From IMG/VR virus record IMGVR_UViG_3300028907_000003, positions 1 to 64,000 of that record: a stretch of DNA of 64,000 bases; one strand, 5' to 3'. A program made the position numbers and the translations under genes. This stretch comes from a virus. Lineage: Duplodnaviria; Caudoviricetes. This document shows positions 1-8,559 of this stretch, piece after piece. The notes under the pieces were generated by a model. That model searched no databases. It was not told the DNA's origin and was given only the letters and a program-made list of their open reading frames with translations. Within the stretch, counting starts at the first letter, position 1. Each line of letters opens with the position of its first letter.

Positions 1-157
1 CGGATAGTGCGATATGCGCAGGACTCTTGGCTACTCGGACTTCATCACCGCCGGACAAGCCTGTTGATGCCTTCGTGATGGTCTTGTAGGGTTTGCCTGC
101 GCTACCGTCGCCGGTGCTGTCATCACCGGTCGCGTAATCACAATATACTATCGTCAT
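1..157 (-). CDS. N-terminus of a virion/adhesin-like protein (DUF1565/beta-helix-type start), truncated by the window edge
   Basis: Manual translation MTIVYCDYATGDDSTGDGSAGKPYKTITKASTGLSGGDEVRVAKSP; the GDDxxGDGSxxKPYKTI motif is typical of beta-helix surface/tail proteins. Confidence 0.6.
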   Translation of the reverse strand, partial: MTIVYCDYATGDDSTGDGSAGKPYKTITKASTGLSGGDEVRVAKSPAHIALS

Positions 158-188
158 CTACAAAACCTCTTGATACTGGTTTTTATTC

Positions 189-581
189 TCACAGCAAAGA
201 CGGCATCAGAAGGAAGCCTGTAACGTGGACCTCGATCTTGCCGGTGGTTCCAGGGCCGAGGAAGAGCTTGATCCCGGTTCCTGCGTCAATCATGATTGAT
301 TTAGCTACCGACTTCTTGCCAACCGTCTTAAGGAAATTAGCATCTGCGTGAATCCTTGAGTGGTTTGCATCGGTTCCGATATCTATTGTACCATCGAATG
401 CCTCAGTTACCCGATAGAACAGATTTTGCACAACAAAATCATTCGGCAGGGCCTCAACTAAAGCATACGTCGCACCTTTTGTGATAGCAGCCGTTCTATA
501 ATCCTGCAATACGGCGGTTTCGTTCGACTGCTCCTCATCATAGCGCATTACGCCTTCGATTGTTATTTGTTTTTCGATCAT
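189..581 (-). CDS. hypothetical virion protein, beta-sandwich-like
   Basis: 130-aa ORF in structural operon, beta-rich composition. Confidence 0.5.
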   Translation of the reverse strand: MIEKQITIEGVMRYDEEQSNETAVLQDYRTAAITKGATYALVEALPNDFVVQNLFYRVTEAFDGTIDIGTDANHSRIHADANFLKTVGKKSVAKSIMIDAGTGIKLFLGPGTTGKIEVHVTGFLLMPSLL

Positions 582-621
582 TTGTTATTCTCCTAAAAAG
601 ATTTTAAGCGGCTGGCTGATT

Positions 622-841
622 TTAGCCAACCACTAAAACGCTAACGTATCCAGTGTCCGATCCCGTCTCGCAGGTCACTGTGAAGCCCGTGGTTGCTGGA
701 GAAGCCCAGCATCGGCCCATCATAAGCGCATTTGCCGTTTGCTGGATTGCGGGTTATGATATGAGCATTGCCCAGGCCTATAACCTGAGTGAAGCCGTTT
801 GCGGCTGCTGCCAATCATGCTTCGGTTTCTGGTTTTGCCAT
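622..841 (-). pseudogene. decayed small tail/fibre-tip domain gene
   Basis: ATG at 841 hits an in-frame TGA after 8 codons; a second frame gives WASPATTGFTVTCETGSDTGYVSVLVVG*, resembling fibre C-terminal domains; GC-richer than flanks. Confidence 0.4.
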
Positions 842-866
842 ATATTATCACCATATATATATATCA

Positions 867-986
867 CTATGCATTAAATATTACCACATCATTCCAATTG
901 CCTTCTGGTATAACTTTCCAATCTGATGTCTCTGTATCTCTACGAAGGGTTCCTTCAAATATAACACTTTCTATAATTTCAGTCAT
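867..986 (-). CDS. 39-aa hypothetical protein
   Basis: MTEIIESVIFEGTLRRDTETSDWKVIPEGNWNDVVIFNA; preceded by a GGAG SD-like site; below ORF-track cutoff. Confidence 0.4.
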   Translation of the reverse strand: MTEIIESVIFEGTLRRDTETSDWKVIPEGNWNDVVIFNA

Positions 987-1035
987 AGTTTTATTACTCC
1001 ATTTTTATTATAATCAAATATAATCAAAATCACAT

Positions 1036-1581
1036 TTACCAAACATCCAGGCCGATGATCTGAGCGCCACCAGCAGCTATGACATAGTCCCATTCGATGA
1101 GAAGATATGTTTGGGTACAGACGCCGATATGAGAAGCGTTTCCGCATCTGCAAGCTGCGCCGAACTCAAGATCATCGATATCGTCCCAGGTCCAAGGCGA
1201 GGAAGTCCACGGATTCGTCGAGTACACTGTAGACAGGTTAGTACAAACCCATGCAGTCGGATATAGATATGATTCTGTACCATATTTGATACTGTATGAT
1301 GGGTGGTACAATGCCGTTGAGAGATATGCTTGGTGGCCATCGCCACCAGACGCGCAGCTAGACACCACGGTCACGCTTACTATTCTGCCTTGTGGGGTCG
1401 GCTTCGAGAATTGGAATGTATCCACCAACGTGGATAATCCCATGGCCTTAATGTAGGACGTAGAACCGTCTACGGTTACATCATCCACTTTATCGTAGTG
1501 AGACCCATAACTCGGTACCTGATACTGGAAATTCTGATACGTGCCATTCGCATTCGGGCGGCACGTTATCGTGAAGCTCAT
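1036..1581 (-). CDS. virion-associated beta-sandwich protein
   Basis: 181-aa Ser/Thr/aromatic-rich ORF (STNPWTSSPWTWDDIDDL) in structural operon. Confidence 0.5.
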   Translation of the reverse strand: MSFTITCRPNANGTYQNFQYQVPSYGSHYDKVDDVTVDGSTSYIKAMGLSTLVDTFQFSKPTPQGRIVSVTVVSSCASGGDGHQAYLSTALYHPSYSIKYGTESYLYPTAWVCTNLSTVYSTNPWTSSPWTWDDIDDLEFGAACRCGNASHIGVCTQTYLLIEWDYVIAAGGAQIIGLDVW

Positions 1582-2348
1582 GTCGCCTCCAGCTCAAGGT
1601 CAAGGACAACCTGCTCGCATGTGGTTATTCCGGACGTTATGGCGGTGATGTACTTTCCAGCTGCGACAGTGATGTTCAGCCCGGTTTCTTCTAAGCTGGA
1701 TGTACTGCTTAATGCAAAACTATCGACTGAACTTCCAATTGCTGCATTATAATCATGAATATAAACAGTAATTGTAATTGAACCAGATTTTAATGCCCCA
1801 TCACTATCTAAACTTCTAATATATGCTTTTGTAATTTTTGATGCTATTGGAATTCTCTTTGTCGAAGCTTCAGCAGTCAGAACAGCAGATCCGTTTCCAA
1901 ATGGAAAATTAACTCCGAAAGTTGGTGTTGCCCAACTAGCATCTCCGAGAAGTCTCTGTTTGGTATTCGGATATTTCTGCATTAATCCGTGTGCTGATGT
2001 AGATGCATTCAAATCAGTATTATCGTCTGGAGAATTCAAATCATCTAGTTTGTATGGGAACCGCTTAAATGTATATGGAACATCTTTTGGGGCTTGATCA
2101 ATAGAATATGAATGTGCTGTAATTGCAGCATTTGCTACAGTATATAAGCCCCCGCCATCTAAAGTTAATGTTGTAACAGGTGATGCATATGATGTTGTTG
2201 TAATTATGAAAAACTTATCAGTTGTTTGGGTAATCTTAATCCATTGTCCCGGCCAGTATTTCGCTCGAAGGTCTTCTGCCGGAGAAGCCGTTATGTTAAT
2301 TGATGTCGAACTAGCGTAAGCCCATGTTTCTGTCATACTGACCACCAA
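1578..2348 (-). CDS. tail/head fibre-like protein (mosaic)
   Basis: 256-aa Thr/Ser-rich ORF; KLDDLxSPDDNTDLNASTSAHGL-type fibre repeat; composition shift in the last about 45 codons. Confidence 0.5.
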   Translation of the reverse strand: MVVSMTETWAYASSTSINITASPAEDLRAKYWPGQWIKITQTTDKFFIITTTSYASPVTTLTLDGGGLYTVANAAITAHSYSIDQAPKDVPYTFKRFPYKLDDLNSPDDNTDLNASTSAHGLMQKYPNTKQRLLGDASWATPTFGVNFPFGNGSAVLTAEASTKRIPIASKITKAYIRSLDSDGALKSGSITITVYIHDYNAAIGSSVDSFALSSTSSLEETGLNITVAAGKYITAITSGITTCEQVVLDLELEAT

Positions 2349-2371
2349 AAATATTAAAAAGATATCTTGAT

Positions 2372-2899
2372 TTAAGATATCTTCTTACATAGAGCAATTA
2401 CAGAATACTGTCCAGCAGATCTACTAGTTTGCGCATCAGTGTAGATATAAATATCGGCACCCTCAGCAAATTGAGCATCAGCAGTTCCAACACCGACCAC
2501 ACCAACCACGCTATTCGCATGGTTCATGAATACGGTATCAGACATGTCTAATGTAACAGTACCAGTAGATGCAGTTGTACCAGCCGCTTCTTTAGTGATC
2601 TTGGTTACATCATCACCAGTTCCGCCAGCCTTAGCCTCAATCAAAGTAAAATACGCAGCTAATACTTCTAGCTTACATGGAGCAGCATCGGTTAGCTTAG
2701 TAGCTACCGCAGACGCAGATGCACCGAAATCATGAGTTACTGGACCTAAGAAAAATGTAGAAGCTACCTCATCATCAGCAGCTAACTTGGGCTCAGTAAC
2801 CGCGCCAGTGTTGATTTTTACAGTGGTTACAGATAAGTTGCCAATTTTAGCTGATGCAACGGGAGTTTCTATAAATCCTCTACCTTGTGTGGTTGTCAT
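2372..2899 (-). CDS. capsid decoration/head fibre protein
   Basis: Directly downstream of MCP; SAKIGNLSVTTVKINTGAVTEPKLA repeat typical of head fibres. Confidence 0.5.
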   Translation of the reverse strand: MTTTQGRGFIETPVASAKIGNLSVTTVKINTGAVTEPKLAADDEVASTFFLGPVTHDFGASASAVATKLTDAAPCKLEVLAAYFTLIEAKAGGTGDDVTKITKEAAGTTASTGTVTLDMSDTVFMNHANSVVGVVGVGTADAQFAEGADIYIYTDAQTSRSAGQYSVIALCKKIS

Positions 2900-2914
2900 T
2901 TAAGCCAACCTCCC

Positions 2915-3832
2915 TTAAGTAATGGCTAGTTCTACAACGCCACCAGTTGCGTGAGTCTCAAGAGGAATAAGCCACTCTCTCATCTCAACATAGTAATTTC
3001 CACCCTTCTGTCGTGGATAGTTAGCGTCAATTGCGATATCCTGAGCATGAACCATCTCAGCGAACAGGCTATCCTTACATACCAGATAAGCAAATCCAGA
3101 TGGTACAGCATCGGAGAACTTCAGGAAGCTTCTATCATTCTCATTTCCGGTAAGCAGAGAAGCAATCTGAGGTAAGAAAGCATCACGCTGTGCATCCTTG
3201 CGCCACATTCCGATCATCTCAGATCTGCGGCCTAATAGAAACATCTGAGAATTGGCAAACTTGTCGTCAATTCTGGCCAGAGCATTTAATACGTCCTCAT
3301 AAGGATCCATCGCAGCATCGGTTTCAGAGCCATCCCACGCACCCCTGTTATTGACATCATTACCAGTTGCACCAGATGCAACAACTTTACCGGCTTCGTT
3401 CAGAGCGGCAACGCCATCTAATCCAACAATGCCATAGGTAGAGTTACCATTAATAACTACATCATCTTCAAGTCTATGCAGATATCGCATTCCTAGATCG
3501 ATATTTCTAGCCTGCATCTCAGGATCTCTAGCTAGATCTCTCTCGTTGATAATGAAAGATGTTGCAAAGCTGAACACATCATACTTAACATTCTCTGCGA
3601 ATGTTCCAATGGTTCCAGGAACAGATCCCTTAGCAACGATCTCAGCGTTCTGACCGGCATCCTTGTACTTCAATACCACATCGATATCAGCAGTTGAAGG
3701 TAGGCTTCGCCTAGCCACTATCTGGCGAGCCATCATATTGTCGCCGTAAACTTGAGTATAAAGTGTAATTCTCTTAGTGAAATTTGTTACCCAATCCACC
3801 GGAATTGCACTTGCACCAAACATAGATTCCAT
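2915..3832 (-). CDS. major capsid protein (HK97 fold, linocin/encapsulin-like)
   Basis: 305 aa; follows protease and decoration genes; LHRLEDDVVINGN...YGIVGL pattern of HK97-type MCPs. Confidence 0.75.
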   Translation of the reverse strand: MESMFGASAIPVDWVTNFTKRITLYTQVYGDNMMARQIVARRSLPSTADIDVVLKYKDAGQNAEIVAKGSVPGTIGTFAENVKYDVFSFATSFIINERDLARDPEMQARNIDLGMRYLHRLEDDVVINGNSTYGIVGLDGVAALNEAGKVVASGATGNDVNNRGAWDGSETDAAMDPYEDVLNALARIDDKFANSQMFLLGRRSEMIGMWRKDAQRDAFLPQIASLLTGNENDRSFLKFSDAVPSGFAYLVCKDSLFAEMVHAQDIAIDANYPRQKGGNYYVEMREWLIPLETHATGGVVELAIT

Positions 3833-3843
3833 TTTTTATCACC

Positions 3844-4524
3844 TTAAATTAATACCGCAGCAACTTGGTAAACTTTAGTCAGTAAATCAGTAGATCCATT
3901 AAGTACAACAGTTGCTGGTATCTGAAGTCCAATAACAGTTGTAGAATCAATAGACTTTACACGGTTCAGCTGAACATTGCCATCTAAATCTTCCAGTAAT
4001 ACATAATCACCAATGGAAAGATCCATTGCAGTTAGCTTGGCAGCACTGGAGAAAGTTACAGTTTCATCTCCAACAGCCACAGCAGAAATCACATCATAAC
4101 CCTCATCACCCATGGTCACATCTTCCAGAGCACGAGCAATGCTAGTTGCAGTTTTAGTAGCGCCAGCAGTAGAACCAGCCTCTTCAAGTAACCCATGTCT
4201 TCCGGTATTAGTGGAGCCAACATCGGCAACTTCTAAGTAGTCTCCGGCCTCAATATTAACGTCAGCGCCGTTTGGAATTACGTTTACTCGAACTTTACCT
4301 TCTACCTTGATAGATAGTGGATGATTAGCAGGATAGAACCCCTCATTAGGAGTCATCTGTACTGGATCATCAATGACGATTCCGAGTACGTTTGTTTCAG
4401 TTGTTAACTTTACTGCACCAGCCTTGCCAGCAGCGGTTCTAACCATTGCAGAACCCGGTGCTGTTGCATATGCAGCAGACATAGTAATATTTCCATCAGA
4501 TAAATCTACTTTCTTAAAAGCCAT
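3844..4524 (-). CDS. capsid cement/decoration protein
   Basis: Between protease and MCP; Ala/Gly-rich, IEAGDYLEVAD...GLL...IARALE pattern. Confidence 0.55.
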   Translation of the reverse strand: MAFKKVDLSDGNITMSAAYATAPGSAMVRTAAGKAGAVKLTTETNVLGIVIDDPVQMTPNEGFYPANHPLSIKVEGKVRVNVIPNGADVNIEAGDYLEVADVGSTNTGRHGLLEEAGSTAGATKTATSIARALEDVTMGDEGYDVISAVAVGDETVTFSSAAKLTAMDLSIGDYVLLEDLDGNVQLNRVKSIDSTTVIGLQIPATVVLNGSTDLLTKVYQVAAVLI

Positions 4525-4530
4525 TTATAA

Positions 4531-5892
4531 TCACTTCCTTCCAACCTTAGCCAGAGCCTCTTGAGCTTCGGTTAAAGCACTGTTATAATTATCAATAATA
4601 ACTTTCTGAGAACCCATAGGTTCGCCAGCAGGAGCAGCGTTCATGTGCTTGTCAGGATTATCTACAAACCAAGACTCGCCAACCTTCTTATACTCCTCGA
4701 AATACTCAGAAGCCTTTTCTCGTGCAGCTTCATTAAGATGCATCTTAAATCCTTCTAGCTTCTTAGCCTCTGTCTTAGCAGCTTCTTCAGCGGCAGCATT
4801 TTCGAGTTTCTGAGTTCGCTCTTTGTTCAAGGTTTCAACTGTAGTAAGAGCCTCATGTAGAGCCTTCTCAGTAACAGTTACTTTCTCAGTTAACTCGGTG
4901 ACAGAAGCCTGTAAAGTAGCAATTGTTTCATTAAGCTTCTTCTCGGTTTCCTGAGCAGCGTTCAGAATCTTTTCCACCTTTTCGTCGTCTAGTTCTACTT
5001 TCACACTAAGATTGCTAACAGGTGTAGGAGTACCTTCAGCACCTTCTTGTTTACCATCAGTCATTGTAACACCTTTTGTATTTTGATTAATACCACAGCC
5101 ATCGGATGAAGAACATGCACCTTCACTCACAATTGCATAATGATAGAAAACGTATTCACCTATTTCAGATCCAACATATGGTACACCATTAAAGAGTTTT
5201 GGTTCACTATAAACTTCCACCCCACAACGGTAACAAATTGAACCATCAAGTTTCTTTCCACTCTTAATATCAGTATATTCTTCAGGAGTTATTTTGTTTT
5301 TGAAAAACCGCGCAATACCGAAAACATCTCGTGAATCCTCACGAACTTTAACGGATCGCACTTGCCCCATCCTCGGAGAGTCAGGCATAACTTCTTCATC
5401 GGCTGGTAGATGATTACGAGTAATCGGAACACCTTCAAGCCAATGGGCCGAATTCTTGAAAACTTCAAATATTTTCATTCGTGGCATTCCGTCAGTGCCA
5501 GTAAAAACGCCCTCTTTCATTAATACAACAGGGCGCTCTATTATATACTCATCTTCATAATTTATTACATCACATTGAGTTCCAGCAGCAGAATTTAAAT
5601 ACGGCTGTTCAAAAGCATGATTTTGATTATGATATGCAATTAAATACCTTTCTAAATCAATTTTATGCGGAGAATCCATTGGAAGATGAACATATGCATC
5701 TCGAACAGCATTAATATTTATAACACCATCCGGTTCACGGATCGGTAAACTGCATACGCCATCTTCGCATACTAAACATGACCATGACCATTCGTCATCA
5801 GTAAACCTATCGCGAGATGGATCCCATGGTTTATCAGTAAATCCCTGAACTGAATTTTCTTTTTTCATTTGAACTCCAGCTGACAGCGACAT
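4531..5892 (-). CDS. prohead protease-scaffold fusion (DUF2213-like)
   Basis: Middle domain with YHYAIVSEGACSSSDGCGIN; C-terminal Glu/Lys/Ala coiled coil; canonical gene position. Confidence 0.7.
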   Translation of the reverse strand: MSLSAGVQMKKENSVQGFTDKPWDPSRDRFTDDEWSWSCLVCEDGVCSLPIREPDGVININAVRDAYVHLPMDSPHKIDLERYLIAYHNQNHAFEQPYLNSAAGTQCDVINYEDEYIIERPVVLMKEGVFTGTDGMPRMKIFEVFKNSAHWLEGVPITRNHLPADEEVMPDSPRMGQVRSVKVREDSRDVFGIARFFKNKITPEEYTDIKSGKKLDGSICYRCGVEVYSEPKLFNGVPYVGSEIGEYVFYHYAIVSEGACSSSDGCGINQNTKGVTMTDGKQEGAEGTPTPVSNLSVKVELDDEKVEKILNAAQETEKKLNETIATLQASVTELTEKVTVTEKALHEALTTVETLNKERTQKLENAAAEEAAKTEAKKLEGFKMHLNEAAREKASEYFEEYKKVGESWFVDNPDKHMNAAPAGEPMGSQKVIIDNYNSALTEAQEALAKVGRK

Positions 5893-6443
5893 CCAATATG
5901 AGTATGCGCATCAAACGTACCGTCTGAAAAATATGAATCAATTGGCACAGTTTCACCATCCAATTGAATACATAACAAACATGAATTTTGATGCATACAA
6001 TGCCGCTGTTTCATGGTTTTATTTTCGGTTTTCGCTGCTGAAATAACCGCACCTTGAACAGCTTTATGGATCTCGCTTCGTAATATTAATTGCAATCGTT
6101 GAGTCGAGCATAAATATGAATCTATTACATCCAGGACCAATTGATCCGCTCTTCCATTCCAATTAGAAAGAATTAATCGACGGGCCTTCTTTAAATCGGT
6201 ATCAGTCATTTGCTTAACAAATCTGAGTCCCTCTTCAAGAAAATACGCCTGTGCGTATAATCGTCCTCTACTATCAGGCTTATGTAAGTTTTTATTGTAT
6301 GAATCATACCAAATATCGAATAGTATAGCTGACCAAAAAACTACCCATAACTCATTGTTATTTTCGACTAGTTTTTTGGTTAATTCGGCTTTTGCACCAG
6401 ATGGAAGTTCATATTCGTATTCTTCATCCACTAACGATTCCAT
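5865..6443 (-). CDS. minor head morphogenesis protein (Mu gpF/SPP1 gp7-like)
   Basis: C-terminal CLLCIQLDG...HTHIGCRCQL Cys/His motif; follows portal. Confidence 0.7.
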   Translation of the reverse strand: MESLVDEEYEYELPSGAKAELTKKLVENNNELWVVFWSAILFDIWYDSYNKNLHKPDSRGRLYAQAYFLEEGLRFVKQMTDTDLKKARRLILSNWNGRADQLVLDVIDSYLCSTQRLQLILRSEIHKAVQGAVISAAKTENKTMKQRHCMHQNSCLLCIQLDGETVPIDSYFSDGTFDAHTHIGCRCQLEFK

Positions 6444-7899
6444 AATCCTTCATCACTTTAGCAACAATTCCAGCTTTTGCTTGTAATTCTTTCATTATTT
6501 TTTCGTCTACATCATCAGATGTTGACACTCCATCCCATACCGCAGCATTTTGTAACTGAACAGCAGTTACACCATTCGTATTACCATTATTTTCTTGACC
6601 CTGCTTCTGACGACGATTTTTAATGTCAACTTCTTCGTATAGTAACTTTCGCTCTTCATCTGTCAGTTTCGGTAATCCGAGTCTTTCACGAGCTTCATCT
6701 ATTAGCATAATGTTTGATTGTACAGCAGTTACAATTCGAGCTTGTTCAACTGATTCATCCTTTGGTAATAAGTTCCACCAAATAAGCTGTACTTTTTCTT
6801 CATATCCATTTAATTCTAATACATGGTTCCAGAAATTCTCGAATTCTCTACCAGGAATTTCACGATGACCCGCTACCATCATTTCTAAAAGTAACAACAA
6901 CGGCTGACCAGAAGATTGAATTGACTTTCCAATGGATTCTAAATAGTCTCGTGGGAATAAATGTGACACAATTTCGCGTATTAAATATTGATCAGGCTCA
7001 ATTGGATTAATCGCTGAATTTATCGTTGGATAAACTAAGTCCGTGTATGGAGGAAGAACAAAAGCATTTTCCGATCCCTGCGCTTGAACCAGAGTATCTA
7101 AATAATTCCAAACTCCGGTAAATGCCTTATTAGCAGCTACATGACTTCCTGCCGATAAACCAACTGTTGAAGGAAGTTGTAATGTCATGTTATTGTATTC
7201 TGGCATTATCTTAGCAACCGCATTTGGTTTTCCAACACGAGACATGAATTGAACAAAGTTCTTTCGCATAAACTGCCATTGCTGAACAGTTGGAACCACA
7301 CCCGCTAAATATGATTCACCATCTGGATATTCGGTATTAGGATCCTTACAAAACATGAGCTGTTCACTTGGAATCTTATTGTAATCTCCGGTGTTAGAAA
7401 CCTTTTGATAAAATTCTGTTTCCATTGAAACAGTATCATAAATTACACCATGTAAAATCCTACCGAAAATATAGCGATCCTCATCGACAAAAGTGTTTGG
7501 CTTATCAGCAAAAGACCTGGCTGGCAACCACTGAACTACATTAGGAATGATCCAACCGCTTTCTTGCTTATAGGTTTTTTCAAAAAACGCTGATCCAAAA
7601 ACAGTCATATCATAGAAACAATGTTTAACCAGATCAAGAGTATTGACCTGTTTATCAAGTTCTTTTATTTTCTTTAGTAACTTTGCTTTTCTAGGCTCAC
7701 TGTCGCCAATGATATTAAAATCAAAACCCGGAAATCCCAAAAGTGATAATTGTCGTAACTGTCGCTGGACAGGCCCAACCTGAGCTATATTAGCTAATAT
7801 AGCAGCTGTTATTCTTTGAGATGACCCCGGAGTACTTTGATAATATCCCGTCATCTGCAATGGGGTAAACGTCTTGCCAATAGGAACATTATACTTCAT
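6424..7899 (-). CDS. portal protein
   Basis: 491 aa between terminase and head morphogenesis gene; FGSAFFE, GESYL and EARERLGLP portal-type motifs. Confidence 0.8.
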   Translation of the reverse strand: MKYNVPIGKTFTPLQMTGYYQSTPGSSQRITAAILANIAQVGPVQRQLRQLSLLGFPGFDFNIIGDSEPRKAKLLKKIKELDKQVNTLDLVKHCFYDMTVFGSAFFEKTYKQESGWIIPNVVQWLPARSFADKPNTFVDEDRYIFGRILHGVIYDTVSMETEFYQKVSNTGDYNKIPSEQLMFCKDPNTEYPDGESYLAGVVPTVQQWQFMRKNFVQFMSRVGKPNAVAKIMPEYNNMTLQLPSTVGLSAGSHVAANKAFTGVWNYLDTLVQAQGSENAFVLPPYTDLVYPTINSAINPIEPDQYLIREIVSHLFPRDYLESIGKSIQSSGQPLLLLLEMMVAGHREIPGREFENFWNHVLELNGYEEKVQLIWWNLLPKDESVEQARIVTAVQSNIMLIDEARERLGLPKLTDEERKLLYEEVDIKNRRQKQGQENNGNTNGVTAVQLQNAAVWDGVSTSDDVDEKIMKELQAKAGIVAKVMKDYGIVSG

Positions 7900-8494
7900 T
7901 AAATCAACCCTTTATACGCATTCTGTCCAAAACGACGAGTAACCGCGCTATCTGGATACCACAAACTCGCTGGATTAAACACATTACTAAACGCAATAGC
8001 AACAGCATCACCACGATCCGGTGATCGCTGTATACGCTTTTTCATCTCTTCTTTTTCTTCTATTTGTATTTTTCCGCGTGAATTATATTTAAATTGAACC
8101 GCAGCTAAATCTGCAAAAAGCTCTTCATCATCTGGAAACACTATGTTTCTTTTATTATTTGGATCCAGTAATTCTCGTAAATTCCACCAAATCTCTGCTC
8201 TAAGATTCATAAATAACTCAGTATTATTCGGTGCTGATGAAACATTAACAGGATTGACCGGATATCCTTGCTCACGCAAACGATCAACCACACCCGCTCC
8301 AATACCAATTACATCGACTTTAATATCAACTGGCTTGTATTTCTTATATAATGCTATAACATTACCAGTTAACTCCATCGTATCCATTTTCTTAAATACA
8401 TGTAATGGTAGTAATTCAGCATCATCAACTACAGCTACCACAGAAAGATCTGACCCGAAAATCGAGCACAGTCTACGCCCATCGAAACTGTCAC
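7899..8494 (-). CDS. terL: terminase large subunit, nuclease domain as a separate gene, broken by a -1-type frameshift at 8457-8461
   Basis: GTG start after GGGGGTGA SD gives VTVSMGVDCARF; GSDLSVVAV...DVIGIGAGVVDRL...SPDRGDA continues in another frame. Confidence 0.8.
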
Positions 8495-8559
8495 TCTATA
8501 TCACCCCCACAAATATCTGATATTTTATCTACCAGATACACAACTCTAGTTTTTCGCAT
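8491..8559 (-). CDS. 22-aa linker micro-ORF between the two TerL halves
   Basis: MRKTRVVYLVDKISDICGGDIE*; its TGA overlaps the GTG start of the nuclease gene. Confidence 0.3.
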   Translation of the reverse strand: MRKTRVVYLVDKISDICGGDIE

